A DNA stretch of 64,000 bases from Candidatus Methanoplasma porotermitis (GTDB lineage: Archaea > Thermoplasmatota > Thermoplasmata > Methanomassiliicoccales > Methanomethylophilaceae), in assembly GCA_031290095.1 (NCBI GenBank), contig JAITOF010000045.1:5538-69537 (forward strand). The letters run 5' to 3'. The notes under the pieces were generated by a model that had not been told where the DNA came from, did not search any database, and was given only the letters and a program-made list of their open reading frames with translations. The stretch's first letter is position 1; each line of letters starts with the position of its first letter. Both the position numbers and the translations under genes were made by a program. This document shows positions 1-9,106 of the stretch, piece by piece.

Positions 1-264
1 CGGATATTCGTCGCCGCACTCGTCCATGATTTCACGTGCGTAACGGAAAACATCTCGGGAGACTCCGAGGCCTACGACCTCTATCACACCTCTATTGAGC
101 AAATCTTCCAAAGTCTTGAAGGCATCACGCTTTCTAGCCGCGTTCCTTTTCTCGTTAATCTTATGGAACGCTTCGCCTATGGCGGGCATTGTTATCTTGT
201 ACGCCTCATGTTTATTTTTACTCTCGGTAGCCCTCACAATATCTCTTTTATGACTCCTGTGCAT
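1..264 (-). CDS. hypothetical protein; C-terminal part runs off the window edge
   Basis: Minus-strand frame open from ATG at 264 down to position 1 (MHRSHKRDIVRATESKNKHEAYKITMPAIGEAF...). It is absent from the ORF track because it is edge-truncated. It lies 50 nt downstream of the 315-755 gene on the same strand. No domain recognised. Confidence 0.3.
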   Translation of the reverse strand, partial: MHRSHKRDIVRATESKNKHEAYKITMPAIGEAFHKINEKRNAARKRDAFKTLEDLLNRGVIEVVGLGVSRDVFRYAREIMDECGDEYP

Positions 265-314
265 GTCATCGCTCTTGTCGATGAACGCGATTAGATAGCA
301 TGTGTCCAGATGAG

Positions 315-755
315 TCACCGGAATATCGGAGATGTAGCCGCCTCCTCTACTTCTTTTTTCAGAGCGGGCTTGATCTTGAGCACGAAATCCTTGAGCTCGG
401 ACGCATTCATCTCCGGATTATACCCGCGGGCCAAGATCAGCGTGGAATATGCTTCCAGGTACGGAATGCCTTTAGACATTATGCCTGACAGTTCTTCGAT
501 ATAGCCTGAGCCTACGTCTGTATCGGAAGGTATCATATTGCCCTTTAGCAGCTCGTAATAGTCGTCTGCAAGCTCGCTTGAATACGGCCCTCTGATGTAG
601 AGGCGGAATTTATACCTCGGAAGGACGCCCATGTCGTTCAGAAGGAAACAACCCTTCTGCATGACCAGCCTGTCGTTGAAACTCCTGACCCTTATCTCCT
701 TGCCCCAAGCCTTGGCCACTGCAGATATGAGTTTTTCTGATCCGGGTTTTGACAT
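315..755 (-). CDS. hypothetical protein, possibly SocA/Panacea (DUF4065)-like
   Basis: ORF 315..803. An internal ATG at 755 is preceded by GAGGTG. The segment RLVMQKGCFLLN...YIRGPYSSELADDYYEL resembles the K-L-x-K-L-x-Y...GP-x-x-x-L core of DUF4065 antitoxin-type domains. This is a weak match by eye. Confidence 0.4.
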   Translation of the reverse strand: MSKPGSEKLISAVAKAWGKEIRVRSFNDRLVMQKGCFLLNDMGVLPRYKFRLYIRGPYSSELADDYYELLKGNMIPSDTDVGSGYIEELSGIMSKGIPYLEAYSTLILARGYNPEMNASELKDFVLKIKPALKKEVEEAATSPIFR

Positions 756-1022
756 TGAACACCTCTGATTTAAGATGCACGACAGGCCAGTTCGATGCGT
801 CACAACGCAACAACGGCCTAAATGCGAACGACAACATCGGCAGTTGTTTACACATATATATTACCTGTTTTTGGCTGTGGCCCTGATGAAGGAGAGCGTG
901 TTCAAAGTTATGGAATATCTCTAAACACCCTCAGAATAAACGAGGAAAACACCCCACAATCACTAAATATCTGTCAGATAACGAATCGCCATCTTGATAA
1001 TCGCCGTGTTTCGGTTGCCTGA

Positions 1023-1894
1023 CGGCGACCCATCGTATTCACGGGCGACATCGCGGCCGCAATGCTGTTCCGCGACATGCCGAACAGGGTCTCTGCCGCT
1101 GCACAGATAAGAATCGGGAAGATGAAGGGCGCCGACATAGAGTTCTCCGACGATCTCGACGCCCCGCTGTACTCGCAGATCGACATGGCCGTCGGCCTGC
1201 TGAAGACCAAGTACTCCAAGTCTCCGGTGACGTACGACGGGATGGCACGCATAGACAACCACCCGTATCCTTACGATGCGTTGCGCGAGGCGATATTGAA
1301 CGCGGTGATCAACACCGAGTACGGCAGCCACATCCCTGTGAAGATACTCGTCTTCGAAGACCACTTGGAGGTACTGAACTGCGGAGGGCTCCCGTTCGGC
1401 ATGGAGCTGGAGGACATCATACGCGACCACTGGTCGAGTCCGAGGAACCGCGGTATCGCGACGGTGTTCAAGACTGCGCATTACATCGAGAAGTACGGGC
1501 GCGGGTTCGAGAAGATGAACCGCTCCTACGAGGGGCGGGCGTCGCACCGCCTGCGTACTATCCGTCAAAGGCAGGTTTCTGCGCCAAGTTCACAGACATC
1601 GTCTTCGCCAAAGGCATCGTCCCCAGGGACTTCTACGGGAAGCCGTTGACGAGGGATGCCCCCGCGGAACCAGGTAGCAGTGCATCGAAGTGGGTGTCAG
1701 ATTCGGAGACGGCAATATGCCAGCTTATTGCAGAGCGTCCGAGCATCACAATCCATGGGATGTCAGTTCAGTCCGACATAACCGAACGCCAGGTCAAAAG
1801 AATCATCAAAGAGCTTTCCGAGAGGGGAATCCTGAGGAGAGAGGGGACACACAGGGCAGGTTCTTGGGTGTTGATTGATAAGACGTCACCATAA
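1023..1894 (+). pseudogene. degraded AlbA_2/HATPase_c_4-family putative transcriptional regulator (N-terminal domain missing, one frameshift)
   Basis: ORF 1062..1649 carries the HATPase_c_4-like core (YPYDALREAILNAVINTEYG, LEVLNCGGLPFG, SSPRNRGIATVF, IEKYGRGFEKM). Its tail becomes low-complexity after about 1535. The +1 frame continues sensibly (VAPPAYYPSKAGFCAKFTDIVF...) into ORF 1646..1894, which encodes a winged-helix tail (ICQLIAERPSITIHGMSVQSDITERQVKRIIKELSERGIL). The frame is closed by TGA at 1020-1022, so the Schlafen/AlbA_2 N-domain is absent. Confidence 0.6.
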
Positions 1895-1917
1895 TGTCAC
1901 CATAATGTCACCATAAT
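1885..1917 (+). repeat. perfect 3 x 11-nt tandem repeat (gtcaccataat)
   Basis: Read directly: gtcaccataat at 1885-1895, 1896-1906 and 1907-1917. The repeat overlaps the TAA stop of the pseudogene tail. Confidence 0.9.
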
Positions 1918-2143
1918 TCTGCAACCTGTGCGGGGCGCACGAGACTGGGCCGTGCGTGATCTTCCAGAACACCATTGCAGATAGAACACACACCGTGAAT
2001 GATGATATTACCAGACACGCCTGCCCGAAAAATCCCTGTTTCGGACAATTCTGACATGTGTTTGTCCACTGTGAGATAAGCGGAGGAAACCTTTCAAATA
2101 CTGAAACGATTTAGAAGGAGCAAGGATTACTTGAGGTGACAAG

Positions 2144-2569
2144 ATGTACACTATGAGCCCTTATTCCGGCCAGCCCCTCTCCGACGAGGAAGTGATGAAG
2201 AAATACACCGGCGAGAAGCTGTGGGGCCTCGCCGTGAGCATAGACCTCGGCGGATGCGACCACGACAAGATCGCATCGAAGGATGTCATAACGCAGTTCG
2301 CGATAGACCTGGCCAAATATATCGACATGAAGCGGTACGGCGAGCCTGTCGTCGTGTTCTTCGGAGACGAGCCTAAAGTGCAGGGATACTCCCTCGTGCA
2401 GCTAATAGAGACTTCTCAGATATCTGGGCACTTCGCCGAGGACACCGACAGGGCGTTCATCGACGTGTTCTCCTGCAAGCAGTTCCCTCCTAAGAAGACC
2501 GCCGAGTTCGTACAGAAGTATTTCGGCGCAAAGAAGATGGAATACGCCGTCTGTTTCAGACATGTCTGA
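2144..2569 (+). CDS. S-adenosylmethionine decarboxylase-related (SpeH/SpeD class 1, pyruvoyl enzyme family) protein
   Basis: About 140 aa. LIETSQISGHFAED aligns by eye with the (L/V)SESH(I/L)xIHT(W/Y)PE self-processing region, and AFIDVFSC with the downstream D(V/I)FTCG motif. GAGGTGA sits 5 nt upstream of the ATG. Confidence 0.55.
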   Translation: MYTMSPYSGQPLSDEEVMKKYTGEKLWGLAVSIDLGGCDHDKIASKDVITQFAIDLAKYIDMKRYGEPVVVFFGDEPKVQGYSLVQLIETSQISGHFAEDTDRAFIDVFSCKQFPPKKTAEFVQKYFGAKKMEYAVCFRHV

Positions 2570-2641
2570 CGCAACAGCGGCCCGGCCGCCCGGGCTGCAT
2601 AAACCCTATAACATAATATTCTGAGACGGCAATAAGCCGTC

Positions 2642-3190
2642 ATGGCCCTGGATGCGCTTCTGGAGAAGATAAGGTCTCGGGAATGCGTGACCTATGCGTT
2701 CCTGCTCGAAGGCGACGCGTTGCGCGAGGCGCTCGAGGAAGAGGCGGGCGTAGGAACGCTGTCCGGCATGCCCATGGAGAACCGCGCTCTTGCCGAGTGC
2801 CTCGGGAAGGAGGTTGCTGTCTGCATGTTCTGCAACGGGGTGTTCGAGCAGTCTTCGGCATCCGAACATATAATGGTAATGGAAGACGGTCGCGGCAACG
2901 TCGTGGGGCACGACGTCTCCAAGGAGATGGCCGTCGTGTTCAAAGACGATCCTGAGGTGTTCTGGCTGTGCGACGACTTCGTGATGTATCCCGGCAGAGC
3001 GTCCATCGGCGACATAAAGATGGTCATGCTTCCAAAGAGGATACGCTCGCTCGGAGAGTCGGACGGAGTGAGGAACCCAGTGATCCTGTATCCCGCCACG
3101 ACCACGGACCTCATTCTGAAAAGGCGCTTCGACGTCGCTGCGGACAGCAGGGTATCGTCGGCCATTCTAGCCTTCGACGTAGCTCGCTGA
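2642..3190 (+). CDS. hypothetical protein
   Basis: 182-aa ORF with normal amino-acid composition. The overlapping minus-strand ORF 2692..3198 is S/T/P-rich, typical of antisense. No domain recognised. It lies directly upstream of three pilin-like genes. Confidence 0.5.
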   Translation: MALDALLEKIRSRECVTYAFLLEGDALREALEEEAGVGTLSGMPMENRALAECLGKEVAVCMFCNGVFEQSSASEHIMVMEDGRGNVVGHDVSKEMAVVFKDDPEVFWLCDDFVMYPGRASIGDIKMVMLPKRIRSLGESDGVRNPVILYPATTTDLILKRRFDVAADSRVSSAILAFDVAR

Positions 3191-3259
3191 GGGGACACGT
3201 CGCTAACCGATTACAGTTAGCATCCCTGTTTTATACGCCCATATTGTAAAACATGTCTC

Positions 3260-3724
3260 ATGAGAAGAAAAACATACCTCATGAGAATAAACAGGAACAG
3301 GAAAGGCGGCATAGAAGGGTTGCCGTTGCAACTGATGATCGTCATAATAATCGCCACGATGGGCACTGCGATACTCGTCGGATGGATGGGCAACATCGAC
3401 ACTCCAAAGAGCATCGGCATGGTGGAAGTCGTCTCTGACGACATAGTTCTCGACGGCAACTCGACGGACAGCGCCGTGGTGGACATATTTGTGGCGGACC
3501 AGAACGGGAACCCTCTAAAAGGCGCCACCGTGGTCCTTTCAGGCCTGGGCATAACCGCTTCCGACGGGAAGACGGCGCATACCGTCACAGATCAGCAGGG
3601 GTACGCTCACTTCGACGGCCTCCGCGTGACGCTGAGAGGTTCTGAGATAGGATTCATAACGGTGAACGTCTCGATGTCGGAATACGGAGAGAACAACAAC
3701 ACAAGGGTGGCGGTGATAGCATGA
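3260..3724 (+). CDS. archaeal type IV pilin-like protein (class III signal peptide) with a CarboxypepD_reg/Ig-like domain
   Basis: The N-terminus ...MRINRNRKG-GIEGLPLQLMIVIIIATMGTAILVGW has a charged stretch, KG, then a hydrophobic helix. An alternative start at 3281 gives a short leader. The later segment VADQNGNPLKGATVVLSG...TDQQGYAHFDGL is typical of carboxypeptidase-regulatory-like beta-sandwich domains. Confidence 0.55.
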   Translation: MRRKTYLMRINRNRKGGIEGLPLQLMIVIIIATMGTAILVGWMGNIDTPKSIGMVEVVSDDIVLDGNSTDSAVVDIFVADQNGNPLKGATVVLSGLGITASDGKTAHTVTDQQGYAHFDGLRVTLRGSEIGFITVNVSMSEYGENNNTRVAVIA

Positions 3725-4161
3725 TAATGGACAGGAAGGGGATGGTTGGCTTCCCCGTGAGGCTTGCCGTCACCTTCCTCATCCTAGCCTTGGCGGTCCC
3801 GTCGCTGATGGCGATGATGGGCGGCATGCAAGAGGAAGCGGGAGAATCCGCGGCCGCGTCAGAGGCGGACAAGATCTCCTCTGCTGTTTCCCGAGCATAC
3901 TATTCCGGCGTCGGGGGGACTTGCACTGTGGGCGTGTCGATATCTTCGGGATACAGGCTGGTGATCGGAGGCGACGGCGCCGATGCGTACTGCATCTCCG
4001 TGCTGTGCGGCGACGAGCCCAAAGAGAAGATATACCTTCAGCGCCCGCCGGTGCGCATAATGAACTCCGAACCTCTGGAGATTTCGGGGGAAAGGACGCT
4101 TCTGTGCACGTGTGCCGCCGTCGAAGGAGCTTACGGCGTCGAAGTGAGCGTGATATCATGA
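3721..4161 (+). CDS. archaeal type IV pilin-like protein (class III signal peptide)
   Basis: The N-terminus is MIMDRKG-MVGFPVRLAVTFLILALAVPSLMA. The start overlaps the stop of the previous gene (ATGA). Confidence 0.55.
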   Translation: MIMDRKGMVGFPVRLAVTFLILALAVPSLMAMMGGMQEEAGESAAASEADKISSAVSRAYYSGVGGTCTVGVSISSGYRLVIGGDGADAYCISVLCGDEPKEKIYLQRPPVRIMNSEPLEISGERTLLCTCAAVEGAYGVEVSVIS

Positions 4162-4164
4162 TGT

Positions 4165-4560
4165 ATGCGGCGTCAGGTGGGCGGCATGATTGAGTTCACC
4201 ATGTCGAGAATTGCGGTTTTTGCCTGCGGAGTGATACTGCTTGCGGCAATCGTCGTTCCGATATCCGATGTGTACGATGGGAGGAAAGACGCGGATCTTA
4301 CGGAGGCGGCAGATAAAATAGCGTTCATGATCGACGCCTTTTGGGATTCGGAAGCGGACGTCATGACGCTGAGGGGATGGGATATTTTGCCTTTTTCCGA
4401 CATGTCCGTCGAAATCAGCGGCCATGTGCTGACTGTGAACAAGGGCGGCAAGGAGTATCGTTCGCTGATAGAACATCCGGCAGACAGCATATCGATCTCG
4501 TACAACGACACGATAGGCCTGAAAAGGAGTGACGGGCGCCTTGCGTTGGCGAGTCAGTGA
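4165..4560 (+). CDS. pilin-like small secreted or membrane protein
   Basis: The N-terminus is MRRQVGG-MIEFTMSRIAVFACGVILLAAIVV. It starts 4 nt after the previous stop and is the third gene of the same operon. Confidence 0.45.
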   Translation: MRRQVGGMIEFTMSRIAVFACGVILLAAIVVPISDVYDGRKDADLTEAADKIAFMIDAFWDSEADVMTLRGWDILPFSDMSVEISGHVLTVNKGGKEYRSLIEHPADSISISYNDTIGLKRSDGRLALASQ

Positions 4561-5783
4561 CTCCCGAATGTTCCGGCGACTTTTATGAGGGCCTTTGCGA
4601 ACCGGTCGACGTCTTCGTCGTTGTTGTATAGGTAGACCGACGCCCTGGCGCTTCCGTCGATTCCTCTGGATTCATAGAACGGATGGGCGCAATGCATTCC
4701 CGACCGTATCATTATCCTGTCGATCTTGTCAAGCATCATGGCCACGTCGTGAGAGCCTAGCATGTCGATGTTGAACGAGAACGCCCCGGTCCTCCTGTCA
4801 GGGCGCGACGGTCCGACGATTCTCAACCCCTCTATCCCGGAAACCCCGTCCATAAGCCTGCGCATGAGCCGCCTGTCCTGGGCGGCGACGTTCTCCATTC
4901 CTATGCCGTCCAGATACTCGATGGCGGCTTTGGCGCCCACGATGCCGGAATAATTCTGAAGCCCTGATTCGAACCTCTCCGGGACGGGAGCCATGTTAGC
5001 ATGATCGTATGTGGCGAGGCCTACGGTTCCTCCGCCGTACGTCAGGGGCCTCAGCCCTTCCAAAGCCTCCGAGGTCCCGTACATGACCCCCATGCCGGAG
5101 GGGCCTAGCATCTTGTGCATGGACACGGCATAGAAGTCTGCGCCGATACGGCCAAGGTCTACCTTCATATGGGGGGCCGCCTGCGACCCGTCGATCAGGA
5201 CCTTGGCCCCACGGTCGTGCGCTATCTCGGCGACGTCCTTCACAGGGATGAGGCATCCAGTGACGTTGCTCGCGTGATGGACCGAGACGAGTTTTACGTC
5301 TCCGTTCATGCAACTTTTGAAATTCTCTATGTTGAACTCCCCGTCTGCACCGGATTCAGAGTGCCTTTTTTTGATTCCCACAGCGTCGGCGAGCACCAGC
5401 CAAGGCACGTGGTTGGAATTGTGCTCCGTGTCCGTGGTGACGACCGCGTCGTCTTTCTTCAGACCGAACCCGAATGCGACGGTGTTTATCGACTCTGTCG
5501 TGTTCTTGGTGAATATGTAGCAGTTCGGGTCCTTGGTGCCGAAGAATGATGCCAGCTTCTCGCGGGTCTCGTCGGTCTCAAGGGATATCCTTGCGGACAT
5601 CTCGTGGACGCTACGGCCGCCACAGCCTGGATACTCCTCGTAATACTCGGTCATCGCGCGGATCACGCTGTCAGGACGCAGGGACTGGCATGCGCTGTCC
5701 AAGTAGACGCCTCTGCCCTTCCTCATAGTAGGGAAATCGCCACGAACCTTTGACGTGTCCATCAACCCTCGATAGGCTACCAT
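4554..5783 (-). CDS. sufS: cysteine desulfurase (class V aminotransferase, SufS-like)
   Basis: PLP-lysine motif SMHKMLGPSGMGVMYG and catalytic-Cys loop IRSGMHCAHPF. About 409 aa. Confidence 0.85.
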   Translation of the reverse strand: MVAYRGLMDTSKVRGDFPTMRKGRGVYLDSACQSLRPDSVIRAMTEYYEEYPGCGGRSVHEMSARISLETDETREKLASFFGTKDPNCYIFTKNTTESINTVAFGFGLKKDDAVVTTDTEHNSNHVPWLVLADAVGIKKRHSESGADGEFNIENFKSCMNGDVKLVSVHHASNVTGCLIPVKDVAEIAHDRGAKVLIDGSQAAPHMKVDLGRIGADFYAVSMHKMLGPSGMGVMYGTSEALEGLRPLTYGGGTVGLATYDHANMAPVPERFESGLQNYSGIVGAKAAIEYLDGIGMENVAAQDRRLMRRLMDGVSGIEGLRIVGPSRPDRRTGAFSFNIDMLGSHDVAMMLDKIDRIMIRSGMHCAHPFYESRGIDGSARASVYLYNNDEDVDRFAKALIKVAGTFGSH

Positions 5784-5814
5784 TATTTAATCGGTTGCGC
5801 CTACCCTGTTCGAT

Positions 5815-6717
5815 ATGACCATCGACACCTGCGTAGGGAGTCTGAAGCTCGAACGGCCCGGCATTGTGGCATCGGGAATAATGGACGAAACGGGAGCTTC
5901 GATAGCGCGCATGCTGTCTTCAGGCGCAGGGGCGGCGGTGACTAAGTCGATAGGGCTCCAGCCGAACCCCGGCCATAGGAACCCGACCTTCACAGAGGTC
6001 AAGGGCGGGTTCGTGAACGCCATGGGCCTTCCGAATCCTGGCATAGATCTGTTCAAAGAGGAGATGGGGGCCGCCATAGCGGGGGGGAAGGTAGTCGGCT
6101 CGATATACGGCGCGACAGCGAGCGAGTTCGTCACGCTCGCAGGAAAGATGGAAGAATACGGCGCGACGGCGGTCGAGCTCAACCTGTCATGCCCGCACGC
6201 CAAAGGATACGGGGCGGAGATAGGGGTGGACGCGGCGCTCGTGAAGAAGATCGTGTCTGCCGTCAAATCGTCTGTGAGCATCCCCGTGTGGGCGAAGCTC
6301 ACCCCTAACACGCATATGCTGAAGGAGGTCGCTCTCGCAGTGCAGGACGCAGGAGGGGACGCCATCGTCGCCATAAACACGTTGAAAGCGATGGTGATAT
6401 CGCCTGAATTCGGAAAGCCGTTCCTCAGCAACAAGTTCGGGGGGCTCTCCGGCCCTGCCGTGAGGTCGGTCGGAGTAAGGGCGGTGTACGACATAAGGGC
6501 CGCCGTGGACGTGCCGATAGTCGGCGTCGGCGGGATATCTGACTGGAGGGATGCCGCGCAGTACATAATGGCGGGCGCCAGCGCTTTTCAGATTGGAAGC
6601 GCGATAGCCACTAAAGGCGTCAAAGTGTTCGATTCGATAAACAAGGATCTGGAAGATTTCATGAGGGACTTCGGGTACAGCACGATCAAGGACATGGTGG
6701 GTGTCGCGCATGAGTGA
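5815..6717 (+). CDS. pyrD: dihydroorotate dehydrogenase (class 1B) catalytic subunit
   Basis: Motifs GIVASG, NAMGLPNPGI, LNLSCPHAKG and VGVGGI. It is followed by, and overlaps, pyrK. Confidence 0.9.
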   Translation: MTIDTCVGSLKLERPGIVASGIMDETGASIARMLSSGAGAAVTKSIGLQPNPGHRNPTFTEVKGGFVNAMGLPNPGIDLFKEEMGAAIAGGKVVGSIYGATASEFVTLAGKMEEYGATAVELNLSCPHAKGYGAEIGVDAALVKKIVSAVKSSVSIPVWAKLTPNTHMLKEVALAVQDAGGDAIVAINTLKAMVISPEFGKPFLSNKFGGLSGPAVRSVGVRAVYDIRAAVDVPIVGVGGISDWRDAAQYIMAGASAFQIGSAIATKGVKVFDSINKDLEDFMRDFGYSTIKDMVGVAHE

Positions 6718-7474
6718 CTTCATCAAGATAATAAACGTCTCAGAGGAGTCTTACGATACGAAGTCGTTCGAGTTCAGGTGGGACGAAAAGGCTTCTCCCG
6801 GACAGTTCATAATGGCATGGGTCCCGGGCATGGAGGAGATCCCCATGTCCCTGTCGAGAACCAACAGGATAAAGAGCATCACCGTCAAGGCCATCGGGCC
6901 TGACACAAGACGGCTGCACGAGCTCGGAATAGGCGATTCGATAAGGATTAGAGGGCCGTACGGCAAAGGATTCGACATCAGGAAAGACCGCAAAACGCTG
7001 ATTGTAGGCGGCGGAGTCGGGACGGCGGCAGTCATGCCGGCGATTAAAGAGACTGGAGCGGACACTATAATCGGCGCCCGCGCTTCCAACGACGTGATAA
7101 TGGACGACATCGCCTCGAAATACGTCAAGAACCTATGGATATCCACGGATGACGGTAGCAGGGGCTTCCATGGGAACGCCGTCCAGCTTATGAAGGAGAA
7201 GGCGTCGTCCGGAGAATACGACGTGGTGATGGCCTGCGGCCCGGAGATAATGCTGTACCATCTGCACAGAGCGTGCGTCGATATGGGCCTCGATTGTCAG
7301 CTCTCCCTCGAAAGACACATGAAATGCGGCGCAGGCGTATGCGGGTGTTGCGTGATGGACGACCAGAGGGTGTGCAGGGACGGCCCAGTGTTCACACGCG
7401 ACCAGATATCGGCCATGAAAGACTTCGGAGTCTCGAAAAGAGACGAGTGCGGCCGCATCGTCAGGCTCGGATGA
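6710..7474 (+). CDS. pyrK: dihydroorotate dehydrogenase electron-transfer subunit
   Basis: FAD/NAD-binding fold (LIVGGGVGTAAV) and a C-terminal 2Fe-2S motif MKCGAGVCGCCV...VCRDGPVF. Its ATG lies 8 nt inside the pyrD end. Confidence 0.85.
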   Translation: MSDFIKIINVSEESYDTKSFEFRWDEKASPGQFIMAWVPGMEEIPMSLSRTNRIKSITVKAIGPDTRRLHELGIGDSIRIRGPYGKGFDIRKDRKTLIVGGGVGTAAVMPAIKETGADTIIGARASNDVIMDDIASKYVKNLWISTDDGSRGFHGNAVQLMKEKASSGEYDVVMACGPEIMLYHLHRACVDMGLDCQLSLERHMKCGAGVCGCCVMDDQRVCRDGPVFTRDQISAMKDFGVSKRDECGRIVRLG

Positions 7475-7478
7475 TGCC

Positions 7479-7892
7479 ATGTCCGTCCCAAATGGACATG
7501 TCAGGGTGGTGCACGGAAGCCTTGCGGTGAATGTTCCGTGCTACATCTTCAAAGGCCCCGGCATCGAACCTCACGCCCCCGAATCGACCGTCTTCCGCAC
7601 AATGTTGCAGAAAAGATATCCTTGGCTCACAGAGGACTCCGTCGATGTTCTCATGGAGAAGGCGAGACGTCAAATGGTCGCGGACATGGACGAGAAGACC
7701 CATGGGCGGTCGCTGAGCAAGGTTTTGGAATCCGAAGGCAGGACTGACGAGGCAATATCCCATCTCAAAAGACATTTGGAGCGTGACTCCAACGACGCGG
7801 ATTCGTGGTACGCCCTCGGGGAGCTGTTATTCAAGGCCGGACGTGCCGACGAAGGATACAGGGCGTTCGCCAGAGGCCGGGAGTTATTCTGA
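7479..7892 (+). CDS. small TPR-like protein
   Basis: The C-terminus ADSWYALGELLFKAGRADEGYRAFARG is TPR-like. It starts 4 nt after the pyrK stop. The true start may be the internal MLQKRYPW. Confidence 0.45.
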   Translation: MSVPNGHVRVVHGSLAVNVPCYIFKGPGIEPHAPESTVFRTMLQKRYPWLTEDSVDVLMEKARRQMVADMDEKTHGRSLSKVLESEGRTDEAISHLKRHLERDSNDADSWYALGELLFKAGRADEGYRAFARGRELF

Positions 7893-8711
7893 AAAAAGAG
7901 CTTTCAAGGCATCGACGATCTCCGGAACGGTGACTCCCCATGGGACTTTTGCGATATTGCCGTCGATTTCGAATCCTTCGCGTACCCTGCAACACCTTGC
8001 CAGCGTGCGAACTCCGTCGTCCTTGATTCCATCGACGGGACACATGTTCACGAACGGCGCGTTGCGGCCGTAGAGCGAACAGAATATTCTTTTTGACAGC
8101 ACACAGCCTATGAGTGTGACGTCGCCAGGGTCGCCGGGAGCCTCGTCCAGGAAGTACGTCGGATAAGGGGACGACAGGCCGGACGCCCTGCATGGGAACA
8201 TGACTGGCCCGTTTACCTCGGACGACAGTTCCATAAGGTCTGTTTCTACGGCTTCCGCGACGATCGGGAGGTTGACGAATCCAGATGCCAGAGCGGTTCG
8301 TACGAGGACGCTGAGCTTGGAAGGGTTTGGCGGCGTCACGTCGACCACCCTAAGCCGCAGGGGAGACAGCTCGCTTACGATGCCGATGTGCGAGAACATG
8401 CCCTCTATAACGACAGTCTTCCCCGAATGTTCTGACTGCAGAGCCGCAAGCGCGGGGATGTTCAGAACGTCGATCCTCTCGTCCTTCAGGAACACCGTGT
8501 CGTCCGGCAACGAAACTATGTCGTATCCTTCCACTCTCCTGAACAGGCTGTCGCCCGCCGCCTTCCTGAGCCTCAGGACGGCGTACCCGTCGTTCCTGAG
8601 CACGAGGTACTCCGTCCGGACGTATGCGTCCCAGCTTTCCATGAGGGATGCGATGCCGTCCTCCGTGAGAGGGACGTCCACGCTGCGAACGGAGATGTCC
8701 TTGCAGTGCAT
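7884..8711 (-). CDS. conserved-looking hypothetical protein (Cys-containing C-terminal region)
   Basis: ORF 7884..8729 with the ATG taken at 8711. Composition is normal and no family was recognised. TAA stop. Confidence 0.5.
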   Translation of the reverse strand: MHCKDISVRSVDVPLTEDGIASLMESWDAYVRTEYLVLRNDGYAVLRLRKAAGDSLFRRVEGYDIVSLPDDTVFLKDERIDVLNIPALAALQSEHSGKTVVIEGMFSHIGIVSELSPLRLRVVDVTPPNPSKLSVLVRTALASGFVNLPIVAEAVETDLMELSSEVNGPVMFPCRASGLSSPYPTYFLDEAPGDPGDVTLIGCVLSKRIFCSLYGRNAPFVNMCPVDGIKDDGVRTLARCCRVREGFEIDGNIAKVPWGVTVPEIVDALKALFSE

Positions 8712-9106
8712 GACAGCATGAACGCACACATTCCGTTTAACATTGATGTTTTGAGCGGACGGCTTAAGAACGAAGCATGCCCCCCGTCTTTGGAACTCGT
8801 GGGTTTCGTAAAGGGCGAGACAGGAGCGGAAGAGGGAACGGTACCCCTCTCAGTGGGGGGTGGGGGGCCATTGGCATGTCGCGTCGCTGAAGTTTGAGTC
8901 GTGCTTCGAAAATGCTCGGGAAGATGGTCTGGGCGCGGTTTCGAAGGCGTTAACTGCCTCCGTCAGTCCTTTTTTCGGCACCTGGTCGCGAGCCTCCTGC
9001 GCCGTCGCCCGATCTGTCACGACCGATATCGTGTCTGGCGAATCAAGAAACGCAGTTTCTTACAGGAAAGCATTTAATAATCCGCTCCGCTAATCGACAC
9101 CAGCTC

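Noticed and set aside
8730-9106. 377-nt gap before trkA, containing two G6 runs and small ORFs (8706..8897, 8860..9093)
   Set aside because: The ORFs have implausible composition. No tRNA-like T-loop or other RNA signature was found, and two G-runs are too few for a G-quadruplex. It is treated as an ordinary intergenic or promoter region.
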